From the NCBI GenBank assembly GCA_951406725.2, contig OX597832.1, positions 56,048,001-56,112,000 on the forward strand: a stretch of 64,000 nt of DNA, written 5' to 3'. This document shows positions 56,248-64,000 of the stretch, one piece after another. Within the stretch, counting starts at the first letter, position 1, and each line of letters opens with the position of its first letter. The notes beneath the pieces were generated by a model. The model did no database searches. It was not told where the DNA came from and was given only the letters and a program-made list of their open reading frames with translations. The translations under genes were made by a program, and so were the position numbers. This stretch comes from Octopus vulgaris. Lineage: Eukaryota.

Positions 56248-56912
56248 CAGTGGTTTTCAACCGGGGTCCATACAAGATTTTGCTGTTAAAATTTACCTGC
56301 AATAAATCGGTTGTACTTTTACAACACACAAAATACTTAAACAATTTTTTTATACAGTTCCTAATAATCTTTTCTACTCTAGGGCACAAGACCCGAAATT
56401 TTGGGGGGAGGAGGCCAGTCGATTAGATCGACCCCATGACGAAACTGAGACTTAATTTATCGACCCTGAAAGGATGAAGGGCAAAGTCGACCTCGGCAGA
56501 ATTTGAACTCAGAACGTAGCGGCAGACGAAATACCTATTTCTTTACTACCCACAAGGGGATAAACACAGAGGTGACAAACAAGGACAGACAAACGGATTA
56601 AGTCGATTATATCGACCCCAGTGCGTAACTGGTACTTATTTAATCGACCCCGAAGGGATGAAAGGTAAAGTCGACCTCGGCGGAATTTGAACTCAGAACG
56701 TAGCGGCAGACGAAATACCTATTTCTTTACTACCCACAAGGGGCTAAATACAGAATGGACAAACAAGGACAGACAAGTCGATTAAGTCGATTAAGAATGT
56801 AATATGATATTTATTTTTAAATATCGAATGGCTAGGAGGATCCAGCTGAATAGATTAGGAATTAAGGGGACCCATAGGTAAAAAGAAAAAATGAAATAAT
56901 CGAGAAGCACTG
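56248..56912. mobile_element. hAT-type MITE containing a family-A SINE concatemer (56368-56795, minus)
   Basis: TIRs CAGTGGTTTTCAA and TCGAGAAGCACTG. The 8-bp TSD is ATTTGCTC / ATTTACTC. Confidence 0.75.
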
Positions 56913-56994
56913 ATTTACTCCTTTTCAAAGCATGGGCGGCCTCTTTCGAGAAGCGGGCCGCATGAGTCATACCTCATCATAAGGTGAACCACTA

Positions 56995-57400
56995 TTTACA
57001 TTTGATGAATATTTGTCCTCATCTTGTTTGTTGTCAACATAACGTTTCGGCTGATGTACTTTCTAGCCTTTTTCGGGTGTCCTGGGAAAATTTCGAACCT
57101 GGGTTCTCATTACTAAGGTATTTTTCGATGTTGTTGTTATTATTATTATTAATATTATCATTATTATTCAAGTCACTGGAATCGAATTCAGAATCTTGGA
57201 GTTAGTAGCCCGTGTTCTTAACCACTACGCCATATGCTCGTGGGCAATTATGGAGTGAATTTCAGGGCTTATAAATATAATATTTTCCTATCCTTCCTTA
57301 ATACCGGTTCACATATGCAACTCATATCTGTGCTAGGTCTGCTTAGGAGGTTATTATGTCCTAGCATATGAGCTGCTTCTTTTAGTTTTCCATACAACCA
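56995..57400 (-). mobile_element. Penelope-like element 3' end: GIY-YIG C-terminus, tRNA-like cassette, (AAT)n, hammerhead remnant
   Basis: 57394-57269 translates YGKLKEAAHMLGHNNLLSRPSTDMSCICEPVLRKDRKILYL*, which resembles the PLE endonuclease end KEA..I..N.LNR..W.P.L. It is followed by TGGCGTAGTGGTTAAG…GAATTCGATTCC and then …GGCT..CAGCCGAAACGTT. Confidence 0.7.
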
Positions 57401-57818
57401 AAAAAATTCGAAGGAATTTCTCTCAATAGGCGTGCAGTTCAGAAACTCCCACGGGCCGCAGTACGCCCATGACTCTCTTAAACAACGTCTCTTCGAAACG
57501 GATGTAGTTTTATTTAACGTTTCTTGTTGTCATTCATGTGGTCACTGTTTAATTGCGATTGTTGTTGTTAGAGTTATTATCGACATTGTTGCTATTATTC
57601 TTGTTTCTTGTGTTGTTGTTGTTGTTATTTGGTTATTATTCCTGGGGCTACGCTTTTTTTGTTATTGTTATTGTTGTTATTTTTGCTATTGTGGTGATTG
57701 TTGTTACTGTGGCTATTGGTGTTGGTGTTGTTGTTGTTGCCGTCGCCATCGTCTTTGTCATTGTTGCTGGGAGTATTCTTGCTGCTGTATTCTTCTTCTT
57801 CTTCTTCTTCTTCTTCTT

Positions 57819-57849
<31 letters not shown>

Positions 57850-57854
57850 ATCTC

Positions 57855-58126
57855 TAATTCGAGCCTACTCTAAGCTACTAAGAATGCGTGTGACAACTTG
57901 AAGATCCACCCACCACACGCTTTCTGGCAGAAATAGGAAGAAAGAGTGAGAGAAAGTTGTGGTGAAAGAGTACAGCGGGATTCACCCCATCCCACCCCGC
58001 CGGAGCCTCGTAGAGCTTAGGTGTTTTTTGCTCAATAAACACTCACAGTGCCCGGTCTGGGAATCGAAACCGCGTTCTTACGACCGCGAGTCCGCTGCCC
58101 TAACCACTGGGCCATTGCGCCTCCAC
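57855..58126 (-). mobile_element. family-C SINE, internally deleted; tail shared with 61200-61640
   Basis: The tail CTTAGTAGCTTAGAGTAGGCTCGAATTAGAGATTA is identical in both copies. Confidence 0.85.
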
Positions 58127-59237
58127 TGCAGCTTTTGTCGTCGTTTTGTCGTCATCGTTGCTGTAGGTGTATTCTTGTTGTTGTTGCCGTCATTGTTGTC
58201 ATCATTTTAAGAATTCTTATCGTCGTCGTCGTCGTCGTCATCGTTGCTTTGACTATTCTTGTTAGGTTTTGGCTACTGTTATTGTTCTTGCTTTGCTTTG
58301 CTTTGCTGCTGCTGCTGCTGCTATTGTTGTTGTTGCTGTTGTTGTTGCTGTTGCGGCGTATTCTCGTCCTCGTCAAAAGAACAAATGATGTCATATTCAC
58401 TTATTAGTTGTTCCGCTGAAAAGACGTTAGATTGTTGACGTAAAGACGTTCCGGCGCTGCAAGACAAAACCTTCTCATTATACAAAATCATATTCGCCGC
58501 GTCTTATTAGAAAATACCTTTCACATTATTGCAGTGTTTGACTGACCGGCATTTTTACCGATTCCAGAATCCACCACTACAGATGACTGGTTGGCTAGCT
58601 GGGCTGGCTGGGCTGGCTGGCGCTGCTACTTACCATTAACGAACGAAGCTACGAGAAAGCTTCTTCATTTCCAAAATAAATAAGTCCCTCCACCTTCCAA
58701 TAATGTCATCGCATGTCCTTTTAAATAAATCCTTTACTGATATGATGAAATGGTCGAATAATATATTTCATTTCTTTATATTTCCAGCATCTCTAATACT
58801 GAGAGAGACAGAGGGGGGAGGTGGTGGTGAGAGACAACAAACACAAACAAAGCTAACAATACTATCGACCAGACTGTACACATATTTAATGTCCGCATTT
58901 AATGGCAAGATGGCGGTGTTTGGTCGAGAGCCAGTCTAATAGAGGAATTGTTTGCTTTGTTTATGGTTTTTATTCTCATTCCTACCAAGGTCAGCATAAC
59001 CCTTGATAGCATAAATCGAATAGATAAAGTTATTAAAGATCTCCTAGCTGACCATATCGTTTCTATACAGGTGCAGGCTGGCTTCAAAATGGACGCTACT
59101 AAGACGAATATATTTTCTCCGCTGCAAGCTGAGGTGAGAGCATTTATGAGTACTCTATAATTGATGAGTGTTTTGCTAGATGTTTTGACTGCTGAGCAGA
59201 TCTCCGAATTTTCCTCGGCGTCTAGTGAAGGTATAAG

Positions 59238-59627
59238 AAATCATCACCGTATATATAAACACAGAGAGAGAGAGAGAGAGTCATACAGACAGACAAAAAT
59301 AGATAGATATATAGATTATTTAAGTACTACACAAATGGAGACATGCACACACATGTTAATATATACGTGTGAGTTTATATATATATATATATATATACGT
59401 ATAAATATGTGCATAGACAGATATATATATATACATGCAAATGAATGCATGTATATGCGTATATATATATATATATATATATAAACTCACACGTATATAT
59501 TAACATGTGTGTGCATGTCTCCATTTGTGTAGTACTTAAATAATCTATATATCTATCTATGTTTGTCTGTCTGTATGACTCTCTCTCTCTCTCTCTCTCT
59601 CTGTGTTTATATATACGGTGATGATTT
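59238..59627. repeat. long near-perfect inverted repeat (~160-bp arms, ~58-bp spacer)
   Basis: Arms 59238-59399 and 59458-59627. The ORF track shows the same peptide on both strands. Confidence 0.95.
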
Positions 59628-59639
59628 TCAGGTGAGTTC

Positions 59640-59678
59640 TTGCCTGAAGATCGTAGTGGCATGAAACTGAAGTCGCAA
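59640..59678 (+). ncRNA. minimal type I hammerhead ribozyme candidate
   Basis: uugc-CUGAAGA-(UCGUAGUGGCAU)-GAAA-C(UGAA)G-UC-gcaa: both core boxes, a GUC site and a perfect 4-bp stem I; stem II is weak. Confidence 0.55.
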
Positions 59679-60194
59679 AGCATAATTTCAACAAGACGTC
59701 GTCGTCGTTGTCCTTGTTCTTGTTCTTGTTGTTGGTGGTGGTGGTGGCGGTGGTGGCGGCAGTAGTGGTGGTACTTAGTTTCTCATTCTACAGCCTTATA
59801 ATCAAACGTATTCAACGCCCGACAGTCCCATTGGTCTTACAGTGCCCGTAACATCATATTATCCAATGCATCGTACGTTTCTAAGACGGTAAGATGTGAT
59901 ACGATGGTGGGGAGGAGGATCTGGTTGCTATTTCAAGCTGGACGAACAACCACAGGGAGAAGGCACTCATTAGCCTGTTTCCATTAAGTTATCAAAACCT
60001 AACAGCCTGATCTTCCACACGTATGCCAAATATACCATCTTCCTTTCTTATCGTAATTCAATTTCTACATTTTAATACTGACACACATTGTACCATCGCC
60101 TAACTATCATGGTCGTTCACAAGGATCCACATCGTTGCGGGTTTGATCCCAGTACTCGGCACCTTGCCCAACGGTCGTCTTCTGGATTTGTTAT

Positions 60195-60560
60195 CGTTGT
60201 TGCTGTTGCTGTTGAGCGAACGGTCTTCGTCCAGAGCTCGCAAGATGGGAGAAGTCCGAAACGTGGTCCTTTGCTATTCGTAAGACCCGCAGAAGAGAAA
60301 GCAGTCAACCCCTGACACCGAGAGCATCGACGGATGGATGAATGCGCATCCAGGCTCAGCGGTTGCGTAGGAAGTCGGGAACAAGAAACAGGAAGAAATA
60401 GTGAGAGAAAGTTGGGGCGAAAGAGTACAACAGGGGTCGCCACCACCCTCCCTGCCGGAGCCTCGTGGAGCTTTAGGTGTTTTCGCTCAATAAACACACA
60501 CAACGCCCGGTCTGGGAATCGAAACTGCGATATTCCGACCGCGAGTCCGCTGACCTAACT
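60195..60560 (-). mobile_element. family-C SINE with a third tail type ending in (CAACAG)n
   Basis: Head and body shared with 9225-9525; the 3' ~190 nt are unrelated. Confidence 0.85.
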
Positions 60561-61199
60561 TGAGCCTCCTTGCTTTTGTCGAGCATAACTATTATCAAAG
60601 TTACTCAAATGATGATCGTCTCGTCATTTTAAAGCATGTCGGCTTGCATTTTCCATGAGCTGCAGTACAAGTAGCCGTAGCAATAGCAACAGGAACATCT
60701 GTATTATTAGCAACAACAATATTAACAATGGCCTGGCCTGGGACCCCCTTCGGTCATGACACTGACCATGGGCTTGCACCTAGAAAGTTACCCTCCTAGT
60801 CACAAGTCTGTGCAAGGTGGTTTATGGAAGGCCAGCAGTCGCCCATGCATACCGGCCTCCCTCTCCGCGCCACCAGTGTTATCCAAGGGAAAGGCAAAGG
60901 GGCCGATACAGCTTGGCACCTGTGACGTATCAACTCATTTCCACAGTTAACTGGAGCAACGTGAAATAAAGTGTCTTGCTCAAGAATACAACACGCAGCT
61001 CGGTCCGGGATTCGAGATCACAACCTTACGATCGTAAGCTCGACGCTCTAACCACTGAACCATGCGCCTTCACAATATTAAGAATAGTAGTATTAGAAAT
61101 AACGATGATGCCGACAACAGTGGTGGTGGTAACAGTATTAGTAGCAACAGCAGCAGCGACGATAACATCACTTGCTACAACAGCAACAGCAGGAGTCAC

Positions 61200-61640
61200 A
61201 ATGCCTCAGTAGTTAGGGCAGCGAACTCGCTGTCGTAAGAACGCGGTTTCGATCCTCAGGCCGGGCATTGTGAGTGTTTATTGAGCAAAAACACCTAAGC
61301 TCCACGAGGCTCCGGCGTAGGGGTGTGGTGAACCCCGCTGTACTCTTTCACCACAACTTTATCTCACTCTTTCTTCCTACTTCTGCCACAAAGCAGAGGA
61401 ACCATGGTGTAACCCACTATGGTGTGGTAAACTTTCAGACACTAGTCTAGATTGCGAATCCTCCGTACCCCAGGATGGTTCAGCTCTCCACCCGTTAAAA
61501 GCCACCGTTTACGGAATGAGGATAACAACGTAGCTTTCGCGCCCGTGCAACCGCCAGTCTATCGCGTGTGGTGGGTGGATCTTCAAGTTGCCACACGCGT
61601 TCTTAGTAGCTTAGAGTAGGCTCGAATTAGAGATTATTCT
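61200..61640 (+). mobile_element. family-C SINE with a fourth tail type
   Basis: Head GTTAGGGCAGCGAACTCGC..TTTCGATCC; same body as the other C copies. Confidence 0.85.
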
Positions 61641-62224
61641 TTGTGGCTAATGGCGTGATTCCTGATTGGAAGAAGAAGAAGAAGAAGAAGAAGAAGAAGA
61701 AGAAGAAGAAGAAGAAGAAGAAGAAGAAGAAGAAGGAAGAGGAGGAGGAGGAGGAGGAGGAGAAGAAGGAGAGGAAGAAGAAGAAGAAGAAGAAGAAGAA
61801 GAAGAAGAAGAAGAAGAAGAAAGCAACAGCAGCATTAGCAATAGCAACAACAGTAGCAACAACTGCATTAATGGCAAAAGCAGCAATAACAACATTAGCA
61901 ACAGTCGCATAAGCAAAAAAAGCAGCATTGGCAGTCGTAAACGCAACAGTAACAGCTGGCGCAAGTAATAGCAACACTAGCAACAACGGAATTAGCAACG
62001 GCGGCAGTATTGGCCAGAGCAACAGTAGCAACAACAGCAGCAAACAACAGTAGCAACAACAGCATTTAGTAATCGCAAAGCTAGTAATAACAACACTAGC
62101 AACATCAGTGTTGGCAACGAAAGCAGCATTAGCAATAACGACAGTATTGTCAATGGCAACAGCAATTGCAACAGCAGTTGTAGCTACAGAGGTAACAGTA
62201 ATAGTAAATCAGCAGCAGCAGGGA

Positions 62225-62312
<88 letters not shown>

Positions 62313-62334
62313 GGTGGTGGTGGTGGTGATGGAT

Positions 62335-62408
<74 letters not shown>

Positions 62409-62655
62409 CCAGATACATATTAGACCCGATAACTTAGTACTAGAGACAGTTTTTCGCTTCCATAATGTAATCCTAGATACATTATGTCCAAGAATCTGGT
62501 ACGTCCATCTTTGAGGGGTTAATGTTAGTAATTAATTCAGTCAGATTACTCTGTAAAAAGAAATTAAATTAAGTTAATGGTTTTCAAATTCGAATGAGTA
62601 CCAATCAAGACCATTTGACATTTTAGAATACTATAAAATTTAATAGAAATTACAC

Positions 62656-62722
<67 letters not shown>

Positions 62723-62734
62723 TAGATAAATAAG

Positions 62735-62814
<80 letters not shown>

Positions 62815-62819
62815 GATGC

Positions 62820-63420
62820 ATATATGGGTATAGGACGTCACAAACAGTAAACAACATTAAATACGAAAACAAATGAGTTGAATACGCAAACAACGAGAGC
62901 AAGAAAATGGAAAACAGGACAAGTAACATAGAGAACGACCCTTCATCAGTTGTCGGCTGCCTATCTACTCCTCATTTCGAGCATTGAAAGACAATATGAA
63001 TCTTCGTAGGCAGATGCTCCCACTCATGCCAAAATAAAATTTGGGATTTATGGAGGGTCAAGTTTGGGGACAAAAGCAGGACAGTGGAGACATACAAGGA
63101 AACCGAACGAAAACAAACATGGACGGTCGGTAGACCAGAAAGATGGTAAAATAGCGAATGCTGGAGAAATTTTTTCTTTGACAAGAGAAAAGATAGAAGA
63201 GAGAGATAGATAGGATACGTCCAGCCTCTAGGACATCCCTGAAAGAAAAGAAAGATGATCATGCGAGGAAAAGAAAGATGGGCGATGGCCACGTGTGAGC
63301 TACGAGAGAAAGTAAAGGAGAAAGAGGGGAGAGAAGACAGATAGAAAACGGTGAAGAGGAGAAAAATGGAATTAGAGAAAGGATGAGAGAGAAAACGATA
63401 GTGGGGAGAGAACAGTATAG
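62820..63420 (-). mobile_element. unclassified interspersed repeat between microsatellites; related segment at about 37350-37480
   Basis: The pyrimidine-rich minus strand ends ..TTTGTGACGTCCTATACCC, similar to ..TTTGTGGTGTCCTGTACAC at about 37460. It contains CTGATGA. Confidence 0.4.
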
Positions 63421-63469
<49 letters not shown>

Positions 63470-63944
63470 GTATACACATACCTTTAAATTACAGGTGCAA
63501 CATATTTAGTGGGCTTCCGCACAGTTTCCGCCTACTGAATCTCATTCAATAGCCTTGGGTTGATCCGAGGTTCAGATGCCGTACGGTGGATTCAAAACGG
63601 GACCTCGTGAAAGCGAGGGGTTACAGCCCATGACTTTTTATCAGGGATTAGAAGTGGAATAGGAGAGAAAAGGGGACGAAGAAACCACAAATAGTCATAG
63701 GTCACTGTACACAGTAAAAACCAAGTTATCCCAGAGACTAGGTCCAAATGGAATGTGCTCCATTTATGGTCTCCAACAATAAGGTTAGGGGTGTTAAACA
63801 GGGTGGCGGATTAAGTCTACCCCACTAAAAAAAACAATTGACTCAACGTTATGCTAAAACTCAGTCTCCCAATTCTGATTGGCTGTTCCCCACGCCGACG
63901 ACTTGACCATGCATACTTTCAAATAGTAGACATAAGCGTTAGTA

Positions 63945-64000
63945 TTGGGTTGTCCGGAAAATTCGTGCCAATTTATAGCAGCTTACATTTCAACTTATTT
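63945..64000 (+). mobile_element. left end of another mariner element related to 24439-25718, running off the window
   Basis: TA followed by TTGGGTTGTCCGGAAAATTCGTGCCAATTT (28 of 30 identical to the TIR). Confidence 0.9.

Overview
This is eukaryotic, AT-rich and extremely repeat-dense DNA, with one 100-N scaffold gap at 46879-46978. The SINE families and microsatellite load suggest a coleoid cephalopod, most likely Octopus (inference). No intact host protein-coding gene can be supported, and almost all listed ORFs are microsatellite translations. Recognisable DNA transposons: two full-length but broken mariner elements plus the start of a third, a Tc1/maT-like fragment, and Tc1/mariner and hAT MITEs. 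Recognisable retroelements: a young 5'-truncated CR1-type LINE, R4/Dong-like and HERO-like RLE-LINE 3' fragments, Penelope-like (PLE) remnants, and dozens of tRNA-derived SINEs in about four head families. The most interesting signals are non-coding RNA architecture: (1) a PLE 3' end in which the GIY-YIG C-terminus is followed by a tRNA-like Pol III cassette, an (AAT)n spacer and a minimal hammerhead ribozyme motif; (2) several further minimal hammerhead motifs, two of them tied to near-perfect long hairpins; (3) SINE concatemers with a recurrent nucleotide-precise junction, and one SINE head carrying four different tails. Weak candidates for a spliced exon (3521-3653, minus) and a decayed GPCR-like gene (about 14941-15600, minus) are flagged. 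All calls are by eye, without database searches.
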